A stretch of DNA of 64,000 bases from Vulcanimicrobiota bacterium (GTDB lineage: Bacteria; Vulcanimicrobiota; Vulcanimicrobiia; Vulcanimicrobiales; Vulcanimicrobiaceae). The notes below the pieces were generated by a model. The model ran no database searches. It saw nothing but the letters and a program-made list of their open reading frames with translations, and was not told the origin of the DNA. The stretch lies in NCBI GenBank assembly GCA_963723515.1, contig CAVRQT010000002.1, positions 544,001 through 608,000 on the forward strand. The letters run 5' to 3'. Position numbers and translations under genes: made by a program. This document shows positions 52,902-64,000 of the stretch, one piece after another. The number at the start of each line of letters is the position of its first letter. Position 1 is the first letter of the stretch.

Positions 52902-54171
52902 TCACAGCATCTTCACAATGGCGGTCGCGGTGTCTTTTTCGTACTTAAACGGGATGTGGTGATCTTCACGCGTCGTCAGATCACGCAGAACCAGCTGGCC
53001 GCGAGTCAGTTCATCGTCTCCGGCAATGAGCGCATAACGCGCGTTATTGCGGTCAGCGATCTTCAATTGCGCTAAAAGCTTTCGATCATCGTAATCCATA
53101 AAGGCCGGCAAGCCGCCAAACTGCCGCAGATACCCAAGCAAATGCACGAGACGCTCGCGCGCCTGCGCTCCGAGCGCAACTAACTGAATGCCTGAACGCT
53201 GCACATCGCGCGAACGCTTCGCCTCATCAAGAACCATCAAAAAGCGCTCGAGGCCGAGCGCGAATCCAACGGCGGGCTCATCGGGGCCGCCCAGCGATTT
53301 GACGAGATCGTCATACCGGCCGCCGGCGCAGACCGTGTTTTGCGCCCCGAGCGCGTCGGACATCAGTTCAAACACCGTGCGCGTGTAGTAATCCAAACCG
53401 CGCACGATTTTCGGATTGACAGTAAACGGAATCTCCGCTTCTTCGAGATAGTGTTTGACCATATCGAAGTGCGCGCGGCAATCTTCGCACAGCATCGTTT
53501 CGAACGCCGGAGCGGCGGCGATGAGCGGCGCATCCTCGGGCGCCTTACTATCGAGAATTCGCAGCGGATTGCGCTCGAGACGGCGCTGTGAGTCTTCGCT
53601 CAGGTCGGAGCGATGCGCACCGAAATGCGCTTTGAGCGCCTCGCGATAGAGCGGGCCGGCATGGCCCGTCACCAATCGAGTTGACATGCAGCTTGAGCCC
53701 GCTGATTCGATATTGTCGCGCCAGCTCCCAGGCGAGTTGAATGACTTCGAAATCCGCTTCCGGTCCGCATAGCCCAAACATTCGATTCCGAATTGGTGCG
53801 ATTGCCGGAAACGTCCACGCTGCGGGCGTTCGTACCGAAAGATCGACCCGAGATAATAGAGTCGCGCCGGGCCGCCGAGAGCAGATTATTTTGCAGCGGC
53901 GGCGCGTACGACCGGAGCGGTAAACTCCGGCCGCAGCGTCAGACTGCGTCCGCCGCGATCGGTGAACGTGTACATCTCTTTTTCGACGATATCGGTGAGT
54001 CTCACCAACTCCGCGCACGAAGAGTTCCGTCGCTTCAAAGAGCGGCGTGCGAATCTCTCCGTAGCCAAAGCCATGCGCCAGTTCGTGAATGCGCGCCTCA
54101 AGCTCTTGCCAGCGTCCGCTCAGCGGGGGAATGACGTCCTGCGTCCCGCGCGGTGCAGTCAAATTCGGCAT
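52902..54171 (-). CDS. hisS: Histidine--tRNA ligase (several apparent frameshifts, 53660-54000)
   Basis: [52 protein letters not shown]. Confidence 0.95.
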
Positions 54172-55296
54172 GAATGCTTTCTTTATCGTCTGTGCCATCG
54201 CCGCGCTCGCGACGGTTCCGAGCGGCTGAGCATGCAGCCGTCATCGCCGCCGCTGCCAGCACCCTGTTCGAAAGCGTGCCGTTTATCCTTGCCGGAACAT
54301 TCGCGCGACGGCTCGTTACCGAAATGCGGCGAGACGCTTTCCGCGCTGCTCAATTGCGGTTGCATGCAGCGGTCCGGGCGCCCGTTCGTTGCCGGTCGCC
54401 GCGCTCACAATGTTGACGTTCGGGCCGCTGATTGCGGTCGTGCGGTTCATTGCGGCGTGGCTCATCGCGCCGGCGGCAACGACCGGTTTGCCGCGTGCCG
54501 CACATCTTCGGCGCTCTCTGAAGTCGCGACACTGCTTGCCGTATGCCGCGATCGGCAGCGTCTTAGCCGCTCACTGCGATTGTCGCTTCAGCGCACTGGT
54601 GCCAATTAGGCGGCGTCGCGATTGGCGCGGCGCTCGGCTTCTTTGCACCATGCACGCTCGGAGCGGTGGCATTCGCTGCGACGCTGCGTCATTTTTCGCT
54701 GCCCGCAGCGGCTCGCGATGCTCTGCGTCAGCGGAATTTGCGATTTTCGCTCGTTGAAACGAGAGCCGGCGGCCCTCGAGAAGCATGATGCCTTCGCCTA
54801 TGTGATTGCCGCGTTCGCTTGCGCTGCAATCGCTTCGGCGCACGGCGCTACGCTGTTGAACCCGCGTTTTACAATCGCGCTATGGGCATCGTCGGCGGCC
54901 TTGGTCGCGCTCGCGTACGTTCATCGCCACGCAAGAACGATGCATCTGCGCTGGGCGCCGATCGTCATGACGCTTGGAGCGCTCTTCAGCCACAGCGCGC
55001 CCTCATACACCATCACCGAAACGACCTTGAACGACGCCGCGCCCGGTGACGCAATCGTCTTTCGCGGCATCCTCGCGCGAGACGGCAACCACGACGCGCT
55101 CGTACGCTACGCCATTACATGCTGCCGGGCCGACGCGCAACCGGTTGTCGTGCGGCTCGAACATCCTTTACGAGAGCGGAGCGGCGATTGGTTCTCAGCG
55201 CGCGGAACGCTCGTCGGTGCTTCAACAGGCATCGCACTGCGAATCCGCCAGTATGAAAAAATTAACGCACCAAGCGACCCGTTCATCTACCGCTAA
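54170..55296 (+). CDS. Permease-like (DUF318) N-part plus DUF1980/TIGR03943-like C-part, frameshifted
   Basis: LFESVPFILAG, CGC, hydrophobic segments; C-terminal LVRYAITCCRADAQP...DWFSARG...PSDPFIY. Confidence 0.6.
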
Positions 55297-55307
55297 GGCG
55301 AGAGGAT

Positions 55308-55709
55308 CTATGCGGCTGCGCCGGCGCCTTTCGGCTCGAGAAGCTCCACCGAGATACCGTTCGGATCCTCGACAAATGCGATCGATCGACCGCCGCCCGG
55401 GGATTTCTTGACGTCTTGCAACACTTTGACGCCCTTCGATTTGAGTTCATCCATTACGCGCGGCAGATCGCCTTCCACTTCGATCGCGAGGTGTTCGTAG
55501 CGATTGCCGTGCTCGTACGGCGGATGATCTTCTAAATCGTAGACGAGCTCGATATACGAGGTCCAATCGTTACCCACAAACGCCATGTCGGCGTTGCCGG
55601 GATAATGAAATGGACCATCGAGCAATTTGAGTCCGAGTTTCCGTGTGTAGAAGTCGATCGACTCGTCCATGTTGTTGACGAAGATCGACGTATGTAAATA
55701 ACGAGGCAT
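55308..55709 (-). CDS. VOC-family protein (lactoylglutathione lyase-like)
   Basis: YLHTSIFV, IELVY, YEHLAIEV, AFVEDPNG..VEL. Confidence 0.9.
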   Translation of the reverse strand: MPRYLHTSIFVNNMDESIDFYTRKLGLKLLDGPFHYPGNADMAFVGNDWTSYIELVYDLEDHPPYEHGNRYEHLAIEVEGDLPRVMDELKSKGVKVLQDVKKSPGGGRSIAFVEDPNGISVELLEPKGAGAAA

Positions 55710-55736
55710 CTCCTATCTCCTATCTTTTCGAGCACA

Positions 55737-57326
55737 CTAATGCAAGAAGTAGCGGCGGTTCGAGAAGACGAGCGCGATGCCGCCGCGATCGGCCGCCGCG
55801 ATCACTTCTTCGTCGCGGATCGAGCCTTCCGGAGCGATCACCGCTGCGCAAGACGCGCGCACCGCTTCCTCTAGCCCGTCTGCGAACGGAAAGAAACCAT
55901 CGCTTGCGCATGATGCGCCCTGCGCGAATTGACCGGCGCGTGTTGCTGCGATGCGCATCGCGCTAACTCGGTTCGTTTGTCCTGCGCAGATCCCGCGCGT
56001 CACGCCGTCGCGCACGACGACGACGCCGTTACTCTTCACATGTCGTACGACGTCCCAAGCGAACGCTAGATCGTGCCATTGTTCCGTCGTGGGCTGAACT
56101 TTTGAAACAACGCGCCACTGCTCCGGAGCGCTGTGCGGCTCGGCCTCCTCGGCGAGGACGCCGCCAAGCGCGCTACGCACGTGCAGTTCCTGCTGCAGAA
56201 CCGACGGCATCGCGCGACCGTACTGCATGATACGTAAGCTTTTCTTTTTTCGTAACAGAGCAAGCGCATCGTCGTCGAAGTCGGGCGCGGCGACGATCTC
56301 CAAGAAGAATTTCGCTGCCTCTTCGGCCGCCAGCCGATTGAACGGCTCATCCGCTGCGAGAATCCCACCGTAGGCAGAAATGGCGTCCGCCGAAAGCGCT
56401 TCATGAACGGCCTCACTAATTGAAACACGTTGCGCGACGCCGCAAGGCACCGTATGCTTCACGATGGCGACGCGCGCGAGCCGCTCCGGCGGACTTTCAA
56501 TCTCCGTGCCGAGCGGTGCGCGTGAAAGCATTCGCAGCGTTGCATCAAGATCGAGCAAGTTATTATACGAAAGCGCCTTCCCCCACAACTGTTCGGGCAA
56601 ATGGTGCGTCCGCGCGAGATAGAAGGCCGCGCGCGACCACGGATTTTCGCCGTAGCGTAACCGCTTGGCAAGCGGTAGGGTCAATTCCAGCGCGCCCGGC
56701 AACTCGCTCGGTAAGATTTCGCCGCGTCCGGACAGATAGTGCGCAATTGTCGCATCATACTCAGCGGTGCGCTCGAACGCGGCGATCGCAAAACGACGCC
56801 GCGCTTCAAGATCCGGACCTTCAGGAAGTGCTGCCGTAAACGCTCGATATTGCGCCGGGTCGCTCAGAACGGTAACGTCCGCAAAATTCTTCGCCGCGGC
56901 GCGCAAGAGCGCAACGCCGCCGATGTCGATCTGTTCGATCGCCTCGCTCAACGTTGCGCCGGCTCTGGCAATCGTCGCTTCGAACGGATAGAGATTGACC
57001 GCAATCACGGAAAAGAACGGTATATCGTGGACTTGCGCTTCATGCTGGTGCGCCTCTGATGTATGCTCGCCGAGAATGCCGCCGAAAATTTTTGGATGCA
57101 GCGTCTTCACGCGGCCGCCAAAGAGCGGCGGAAAGCCGGTAATTTCCTCGACTGTCGATGCCGGCACGCCGGCCTTGCTCAATTCTGCACGCGTGCCGCC
57201 GGTAGCATAGATTGCATATCCATTTTGCGATAGCGCCGTACCCAATTCGGCCGCATCGCGCTTGTCCGAAAGGGAGAGCAGCGCTGCTTTTCGCGCGCGC
57301 TCAGGCAATGGCGGCTTCGCGCTCAC
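55737..57326 (-). CDS. purH: AICAR formyltransferase/IMP cyclohydrolase
   Basis: ALLSLSDK, GRVKTLHP, VNLYPF, IDIGG, LRYGENP, HVKSN, GQTNRV, SDGFFPF. Confidence 0.96.
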   Translation of the reverse strand: MSAKPPLPERARKAALLSLSDKRDAAELGTALSQNGYAIYATGGTRAELSKAGVPASTVEEITGFPPLFGGRVKTLHPKIFGGILGEHTSEAHQHEAQVHDIPFFSVIAVNLYPFEATIARAGATLSEAIEQIDIGGVALLRAAAKNFADVTVLSDPAQYRAFTAALPEGPDLEARRRFAIAAFERTAEYDATIAHYLSGRGEILPSELPGALELTLPLAKRLRYGENPWSRAAFYLARTHHLPEQLWGKALSYNNLLDLDATLRMLSRAPLGTEIESPPERLARVAIVKHTVPCGVAQRVSISEAVHEALSADAISAYGGILAADEPFNRLAAEEAAKFFLEIVAAPDFDDDALALLRKKKSLRIMQYGRAMPSVLQQELHVRSALGGVLAEEAEPHSAPEQWRVVSKVQPTTEQWHDLAFAWDVVRHVKSNGVVVVRDGVTRGICAGQTNRVSAMRIAATRAGQFAQGASCASDGFFPFADGLEEAVRASCAAVIAPEGSIRDEEVIAAADRGGIALVFSNRRYFLH

Positions 57327-60300
57327 GATCGAACTCGACCGAAACGATCGTGCTGACGCCTGGTTCTCCCATCGTCACGCCGTAGAGCCGATCCGCAAGC
57401 TCCATCGTTTTCTTGTTATGCGTCACCAAGATGATCTGCGAATCGCCCGCGAGCTCGCGAACCATGGTCGAAAAGCGGTCGATGTTCATGTCATCCAACG
57501 CCGCGTCAACCTCATCGAGCAGATAGAAGGGCGCGGGCCGCACTTGGATCAAGGCGAATATCAGCGCTGCCGAAACCATCGCGCGTTCTCCGCCGGAGAG
57601 TGCGGAAAGCGGCATCATCTTCTTGCCCGGCGGCTGAACAGAGAGCTCCACGCCCGTTTCCGAAAGATTCTCCGGATTCGTTTGCCACATCGTAGCCTGG
57701 CCGCCGGGGAAGAGACGGCGATAGACCTCCGAAAATGCCCGCGCAACCGCTTCGAACGTCTCGTTGAACTGCGCTTGCGTCGACGCTTCGATTTCTCGAA
57801 TCACTTCGAGCAGCGTTTCGCGCGCCTGTCGTAAGTCGTCAAGCTGGGTCCCGAGGAATTTTTCGCGTTCGCCCACCTCCTCACGCTCCGTTTCCGCGTT
57901 GAGGTTGACGTTGCTGGAGAGTCGCGCGAGCTCATCGCGCAGCCGCGGCACTTCAGCGGTGAAATCGCCTTCCTGATCGCGATACCGTTGCGCAACTTCG
58001 GCACACTCATCTTCGGTCGCCGGATTCTGCGCGAATTGAGAAACAAGCATGCCGAGCTCGGCTTCGATTTCGGCCATGCGCGTACGCTGCGCTTCGCCGC
58101 CTTGCTGAACTTCACGCTCCTCGAGCTCTGCGCTGCGCAGATCGCTCTCCAATCGGAGCGTTCGTGCCGATGCTGCCTCGCGTTCTTTGCGGCTCGACTC
58201 GAACGCGGCGTCGTCCTTACGAACGCCGGCGCGCAGATCGAAAAGCGAGCGTTCGAATTGCTCCGCTTTGGCGCGCAGCGACGCAATTTCCGCAGAAAGC
58301 GTCGCGCGCGCCGCCTGCGATCGATCCCGATCGGCGTCCAGCAAGCCCAGCCGCGCAATGCTTGCGTCACGCTCCGTCGTCGAAGCGGCGTAGCGCTCGC
58401 GTAAATTCGCGAGTTCCGCAACGACCGTAGAGTGCGATCCTTCAGCCGCTCTGAGAACGCTGCGCGCTTGCGTCAGCGCGCGCTCCAAATCTTCGGGCGG
58501 CCGGCGCTCAGTTTCGCCTGGCCTGACTTGCAGTTCGTGCTCGCGCGCGTAGAGCGCCTCGAGTTCCGCATGCAAGGCGGTTACTCGATCTTTGGCCGCT
58601 GCAAAATCTTCATGCAGCCGATCGGCGTTGACCGACAACGCAGCAACCTCCGCACGCAGTTCGGCCACAGCACGTTCGTTTGCGCCCATGCGCTGGAGCG
58701 AGGCATCGCGCTCAGCGGCTGCATTTTCGTTCCGTTCACGGGCGCGCCGAACCGCAAGCTCCCGCTCTTGCAGCTCCGCCTGCATCTGCGGCAAGCGCTC
58801 GCGCAACGCGTTTGCGTGCACGCGCCGCGAGAGAATGTGGCGCTCACGCTTATGCCGGCCACCTGTAATTGCGCCGCCGCCGAAGATTTGCTCTCCGGAG
58901 AGCGTGACGATCGTGTCGCGCACGCCATCCTTGCGTGTTAAGCGAATACCCGTCCGCAAACCGTCGACGATTAAGACCGCTCCCACCAAGAAGGCAATGA
59001 TACCGCCATATTGCGGTTTCGAGCGTACGAGCGTATGCGCGTAACCGATCACTCCGTCGATTGCGCGCAGCTGCGGCGTCAACGTCTTGCCGGTTCGCTC
59101 GCCGAGCGTGTCGAGCGGCAAGAACGTCGCTCGACCCGCCTCATGACGCATCAAGTGTTCGATCCCGCGCTCCGCATCTTCGGACGTGCGCGTAACGATA
59201 TTCGAAAGACGCGGTCCAAGTGCGACGTCGAGCGCACGCGCATACGGTTCATCAACCGAGATCAGATCCGAAATGATGCCTTCAATCCCGCGCAATGCGC
59301 CCTGCTGCCACGCTTCGACGATGGCGCGAGCGCCAGGGACATGACCTTCGAGCGCCGCTTCCAACTCCTCGAGCGTATGCAGTCGTGACGTCATCGACGC
59401 GACTTCACTTTGAAATTCCCGATGCGCCGTTTGCGCACTGAAGAGCTCCTCCGATGCGGCTCCCGACGTACGATCCGCGTCTTCAGCGCGCCCACGCAAA
59501 TCGAGTTGTTGCATCTCGAGCGCATCGAGCTTCGCGCGGCGCTCGGACAGCCGGTGCTTTTCTGCGCCTGCGGCGATCTCTAACGCCTCGCGACGCTCCA
59601 GCGCCGCTCGAATCTCCGCATTTAAGCGTTCCGCCTGTTCGCGAATGTTTTGCATGAGAACGCGGCGCTCGGCCGTGCGCGCCGCCACATCCGCCGCGGA
59701 CGCGCCTTGTTCTCGCAGCGCCTCCAAGATACGGTCCAGATCGCTGCGCGCTTCTCTCACTGCGGCTTGCGCAGTCGTTTCGCGCTCGCGCGCGCGTTCG
59801 AGCTCCGCTTCGAGCGGCGCATGGCGCGCCTCGAGCTCCTTAATCGTGGCCTCTAATTGTTCACGATCCGCGGCCGCACGGTTCACATCTTGCGAGGTCG
59901 CGCTGCTCTGGCTCTCGAGCGCATCCCGCCGTGCGACTGCGGCAGCCAACTCTGCTTCGAGTTTGGCAATTTCGTCACGCTGCGAGGCAAGTCGCGCGCG
60001 CTGTTCCTCGAGCGTGAGTTCACCCTGATAACTCAAGCGCCGCTGCTCGGCGAGCTGCGCGCTCAGCGTCGCGATTCTTGTAGCCGCTCCGCTACGCAGC
60101 TCGTCATGGCGCTCGAGCTCATGGCGCAGCCGCTCGCGTTCCTCGCGGCGCGAGGCGCTGGCGCGAAGATATGAGACGATCTCGAGGTCGCGCAGTCGCG
60201 CGCTGACTTTACGATAGCGCTTCGCGCGGCGCACTTGCGTGTCGAGTTCGGGAATGCGGCGCTCCAATTCGGCGATTAAATCGGAGACGCGAATGGCGTT

Positions 60301-60858
60301 GACTTCCGTCTGCTCGAGGCGCCGCAGCGATTCGTTCTTGCGCGCCAGAAACTTGTTGATCCCCGATGTCTCTTCAAAGAGCGTGCGCCGATCTTGCGGT
60401 TTGCTCGTCAAAATCGCATCGACCTGACCTTGCGAAACGATCGCATAGGAGCCGGGGCCAAGGCCGGTCCCCATCAGAAGATCGTGGATGTCTCGCAATC
60501 GAACGTGGTTGCGATTGATGTAGTATTCGATCTCGCCGGCGCGATACGCGCGGCGTGTGATTTGCACTTCCCGATATTCCGTCGGTAAGCGGCCATCCGT
60601 ATTATCGAAGGTAACCGACACTTCCGCCAGGCCGAGCGGCTTGCGTTTGTCGTTCCCGGCAAAGATCACATCTTCCATCTTGCCGGAACGCAGGCTCTTC
60701 GAGGATTGCTCGCCGAGCGCCCACCGAAACGCGTCGACGAGATTCGATTTGCCGGAGCCGTTGGGGCCGACGATTGCCGTCACGCCGCCGCCAAAATCAA
60801 GCGACGTCGGCTCGGCAAATGTCTTAAAGCCGAAGGCCTTGACGTTGCGCAGTTTCAA
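57301..60858 (-). CDS. smc: Chromosome segregation protein SMC
   Basis: GPNGSGKSN, hinge GRATFLPL, LSGGE, LLDEVDAALD, long coiled coils. Confidence 0.97.
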   Translation of the reverse strand: MKLRNVKAFGFKTFAEPTSLDFGGGVTAIVGPNGSGKSNLVDAFRWALGEQSSKSLRSGKMEDVIFAGNDKRKPLGLAEVSVTFDNTDGRLPTEYREVQITRRAYRAGEIEYYINRNHVRLRDIHDLLMGTGLGPGSYAIVSQGQVDAILTSKPQDRRTLFEETSGINKFLARKNESLRRLEQTEVNAIRVSDLIAELERRIPELDTQVRRAKRYRKVSARLRDLEIVSYLRASASRREERERLRHELERHDELRSGAATRIATLSAQLAEQRRLSYQGELTLEEQRARLASQRDEIAKLEAELAAAVARRDALESQSSATSQDVNRAAADREQLEATIKELEARHAPLEAELERARERETTAQAAVREARSDLDRILEALREQGASAADVAARTAERRVLMQNIREQAERLNAEIRAALERREALEIAAGAEKHRLSERRAKLDALEMQQLDLRGRAEDADRTSGAASEELFSAQTAHREFQSEVASMTSRLHTLEELEAALEGHVPGARAIVEAWQQGALRGIEGIISDLISVDEPYARALDVALGPRLSNIVTRTSEDAERGIEHLMRHEAGRATFLPLDTLGERTGKTLTPQLRAIDGVIGYAHTLVRSKPQYGGIIAFLVGAVLIVDGLRTGIRLTRKDGVRDTIVTLSGEQIFGGGAITGGRHKRERHILSRRVHANALRERLPQMQAELQERELAVRRARERNENAAAERDASLQRMGANERAVAELRAEVAALSVNADRLHEDFAAAKDRVTALHAELEALYAREHELQVRPGETERRPPEDLERALTQARSVLRAAEGSHSTVVAELANLRERYAASTTERDASIARLGLLDADRDRSQAARATLSAEIASLRAKAEQFERSLFDLRAGVRKDDAAFESSRKEREAASARTLRLESDLRSAELEEREVQQGGEAQRTRMAEIEAELGMLVSQFAQNPATEDECAEVAQRYRDQEGDFTAEVPRLRDELARLSSNVNLNAETEREEVGEREKFLGTQLDDLRQARETLLEVIREIEASTQAQFNETFEAVARAFSEVYRRLFPGGQATMWQTNPENLSETGVELSVQPPGKKMMPLSALSGGERAMVSAALIFALIQVRPAPFYLLDEVDAALDDMNIDRFSTMVRELAGDSQIILVTHNKKTMELADRLYGVTMGEPGVSTIVSVEFDREREAAIA

Positions 60859-61544
60859 GCTTGGATGAGCACCCTGCGCAGTGCAGCCGCCGCAGCTTCT
60901 TGCTGCGCTGCGCGTTTCGAGTGTCCGACGCCGGTGCCGAGCAACTGCCCTTTCACGCTGACAAAGGACGTGAAGCGGCGCGCGTGTGGCGGTCCTTCGG
61001 CATCTTCACGGTAGCTTGGCGTGCAGGCGTAGTGCTGTTGCGTAAACTCTTGTAGCACGGTCTTCGGATCTTCCAAAGCCGCGGGGTCCACGTGCGCAAT
61101 GTGTTCGCTTTCAACGAACCGTTGCGCGACGTCGAATCCAAAACGCAAGCACAGTGCGGCGATAAACGCTTCGAAGGTGCTGCCGAGAACCGAAACGCGT
61201 TCCGCGACGCCGGCGGCGCGCGCCGGCGCATCAACCTGAATCACCTCGCTGAATCGAAGACGCTGCGCCGTTTGCGCGAGAACACGGTCGTTCACGATTG
61301 CGGCTTTGCGGCGTGAGAGCTCCCCTTCGCGATCTTGCGGATAGCGTTCGTACAGCCAGCGCGAGACGATGAATCCGAGAATCGCATCGCCCAAAAACTC
61401 AAGGCGTTCGTTTGAAAGTGCACCGACCGCACGCGCCGCGCTTTCATGAAGAAACGCTTCCTCTACAAGCTCGATTGCTTTCGGATCGACTTCGGCGCGT
61501 TTGAGCAAGGCGCGCAGGCGTCGCCGGCGTGCTTCCCCCGGCAA
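60855..61544 (-). CDS. rnc: Ribonuclease III
   Basis: NERLEFLGDAIL; dsRBD DPKTVLQE...GPPH...SKRAAQQEAA. Confidence 0.95.
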   Translation of the reverse strand: MPGEARRRRLRALLKRAEVDPKAIELVEEAFLHESAARAVGALSNERLEFLGDAILGFIVSRWLYERYPQDREGELSRRKAAIVNDRVLAQTAQRLRFSEVIQVDAPARAAGVAERVSVLGSTFEAFIAALCLRFGFDVAQRFVESEHIAHVDPAALEDPKTVLQEFTQQHYACTPSYREDAEGPPHARRFTSFVSVKGQLLGTGVGHSKRAAQQEAAAAALRRVLIQA

Positions 61545-61547
61545 GAA

Positions 61548-62814
61548 CTAAGCGGCAGCCTTTCGGAACGCGAGAACGCTATTGTGACCGCCGAAACCGA
61601 ACGAGTTTGAAAGCGCGACGTTGACGGTTGCGCGGCGCGCCATATTTGGGACGTAGTCGAGCGTGCACTCGGGGTCGGGATATTCGTAGTTGATCGTCGG
61701 AGGCAGCGTGTCGTTGTAAATTGCGAGCACGGTTGCCACCGCTTCGACCGCCGCAGCCGCGCCGAGCGCGTGTCCGATCATCGATTTGTTTGAACTGACG
61801 GCTACCCGATTGCCGAACACGCGTTCGATCGCTTGCGATTCCGCAACATCACCCTGCGGCGTCGACGTGCCGTGCGCGTTGATGTAGTCGACCTCAGCGG
61901 CATCGAGCCCCGCATTGCGCAGCGCACGGCGGAGCGCAAGCTCCGCGCCGTAGCTCTCGGGATCCGGTGCGACGATGTTGTAGGCGTCGGACGATTGCCC
62001 CGAAGCCAGGACTTCAGCATACATCCTCGCGCCCCGCGAGCGCGCCGCTTCATACTCCTCGAGCACGAGGACGGCAGCGCCTTCCCCGAGCACAAAGCCG
62101 TCACGCTCGCGATCCCATGGCCGGCTGGCTCGCGTCGGATCATCGTTGCGTGTCGAGAGCGCCTTCATCGAACAAAATCCGCCGAGCGCTAGCGGCGAGA
62201 CAGTCGCTTCGGCGCCGCCTGCGAGCATCGCGCGCGCATCGCCGCGTGCAATCATGTTGTACGCCATCGCGAGACTGTCGTTCGAGCTGGCGCACGCACT
62301 CGCGGTCGTGAAGGAGGGGCCGCGAAAACCGTAATGCATCGAGATGTGCGCGGGCGCTGCGTTTCCCATCAGCATCGGGATGAAAAACGGTGTGATCTTG
62401 CTCCAGGTGCCTTCTTTGTGCGCCTTATTCGAAGCCGCTTCGAAGCTCAGAATGCCGCCGATCCCGGTTCCCATCAGGACGCCGACCTCTTCGCGAAATT
62501 CGCGATCTTCCGGAAACCGTGCATCCTGCACGGCCTCCTGCGCCGCAATCAGCGCGAGCTGCGCGAAGCGGTCCATACGGCGGGCTTCGCGGCGTCCGAG
62601 GAGACTCTCGGCATTGAAATCTTTGACTTCCGCTGCAAAGCGCGTTGGGAAATCGCTCGCATCAAATGCCGTGATGGGGCGCGACACCGCTTTCGCCGGC
62701 GACCAAGCGCCTCCAGTATTCGTCATGCGTGTTTCCGAGCGGGGTGATGGCGCCTAAACCGGTGACGACGACGCGGTTGACCGCTGATGCATTTCGGGAG
62801 ACCGGACGGTCCAA
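61548..62814 (-). CDS. fabF: Beta-ketoacyl-ACP synthase II (frameshift near 62680)
   Basis: N-terminal RVVVTGLGAITPLGN in another frame; SACAS, YINAHGTST, KSMIGH, NSFGFGGHN. Confidence 0.95.
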
Positions 62815-62918
62815 AACCCCTCGAAGTTACGGCCGTGCCAACCCGGCCCCTGCCCACTGCGATCGTGCGAACATGCTCGCGCTGCAATCCGTTTATTTGG
62901 TAGTTCGGAGGAAAATGT

Positions 62919-63299
62919 ATGCGCAGGATGCTTTCAGTGACGGTGGCGGCCGTAACGCTCGCAACGCTGACTTCTCTCGGCCTGCCATCAATCCGGCCCG
63001 CGCTCGCACGAGATCATGATGATTACGCAAGCGCTTCGAATTGCGTCAATCCGGCCGGACACATCCGCGGCCGGTGCCGACACGCGAATCCGCAGGGTGC
63101 CGCCCTTGCCGGCCGAGTCGTTTCAATCGGCGGTCCGCTCGTGCAGTTCCGACGCAACAGCGGACGGCTCATCACACTCGACCAGCAACCATTGCTTGCC
63201 GCTGGAGTCCCGCTGCTTTTAGGTCGGTACTACTCGCTGCGCGGCTATTGGTCGAACGGACTCTTCTATGCGACGACGATCCGAAGCTGGACGTATTAG
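62919..63299 (+). CDS. Hypothetical exported protein
   Basis: GGAGG RBS; signal peptide ending PALA; CVNPAGHIRGRC motif; small beta domain. Confidence 0.7.
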   Translation: MRRMLSVTVAAVTLATLTSLGLPSIRPALARDHDDYASASNCVNPAGHIRGRCRHANPQGAALAGRVVSIGGPLVQFRRNSGRLITLDQQPLLAAGVPLLLGRYYSLRGYWSNGLFYATTIRSWTY

Positions 63300-63313
63300 G
63301 ACGGCCCGAAGGG

Positions 63314-63343
63314 TTGCCAATAGCGCCGCGCATCTGCTAAACT
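63314..63343 (+). promoter_or_regulatory. SigA-type promoter of rpmA
   Basis: TTGCCA-N18-TAAACT with extended -10 TG; ATG lies 9 nt after the -10. Confidence 0.6.
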
Positions 63344-63352
63344 CGGCGGGCT

Positions 63353-63628
63353 ATGTTCCGCTTTGATCTGCAGCTCTTCGCCTCAAAGAAGGGCGCGGGC
63401 TCGACCCGCAACGGACGCGACTCGAACGCCCAGCGTTTGGGCGTCAAGCGTTTCGGCGGCGAGCGTGTGAGAGCGGGCAACATTATCGTCCGCCAGCGCG
63501 GCACGCATTTCTCCGCCGGCGACGGCGTCGGGATCGGAAAAGATCACACGCTCTTCGCCTTAGTTGACGGAACGGTCGAGTTCGCCGACCAACGCAATCG
63601 TAAGCACGTTCACGTTCGGGCCGCGTAG
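63353..63628 (+). CDS. rpmA: 50S ribosomal protein L27 with N-terminal extension
   Basis: [24 protein letters not shown]...RQRGT. Confidence 0.97.
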   Translation: MFRFDLQLFASKKGAGSTRNGRDSNAQRLGVKRFGGERVRAGNIIVRQRGTHFSAGDGVGIGKDHTLFALVDGTVEFADQRNRKHVHVRAA

Positions 63629-63631
63629 TAG

Positions 63632-64000
<369 letters not shown>

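Noticed and set aside
62891..62916. SigB-like promoter GTTTAT-N13-GGAAAA
   Set aside because: It overlaps the GGAGG RBS and lies too close to the ATG at 62919.

Overview
High-GC bacterial chromosome segment, mostly housekeeping genes on the minus strand. The gene order is Terrabacteria/Firmicutes-like (rpiB-glyA-dCMP deaminase-tagO-wecB-atp-murA-mreB/mbl; fabF-rnc-smc; rsbV-rsbW-sigB; N-terminally extended L27), yet diderm envelope genes are present (LpxB-like, heptose pathway, GT9s, LptA/OstA-like). This combination suggests a diderm Terrabacteria lineage such as Ca. Eremiobacterota (inference only). Other content: an NHEJ locus (Ku, LigD POL, LigD PE-LIG) with two nearby SigB-type promoters, a DUF2723/GT-C-like membrane pair, alaS, aspS, hisS, a dipeptide epimerase/DUF1611/OppA/C39-peptidase operon, an LPS core cluster, purH, rpmA and the start of obgE. 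About 15 genes, several essential, are broken by small indels, most likely assembly errors. The most unusual content is non-coding: a probable 6S RNA (34992-35172, minus); two divergent 98-nt hairpins with an identical 44-bp core and compensatory stem changes (18296-18664); a 163-nt rod abutting the epimerase start codon; a 54-bp repeat at the same offset before atpA and accB; nested REP-like GAGC..TCGA units; and a 3x23-bp tandem repeat before ku. No transposase, integrase, CRISPR, tRNA or rRNA was seen.
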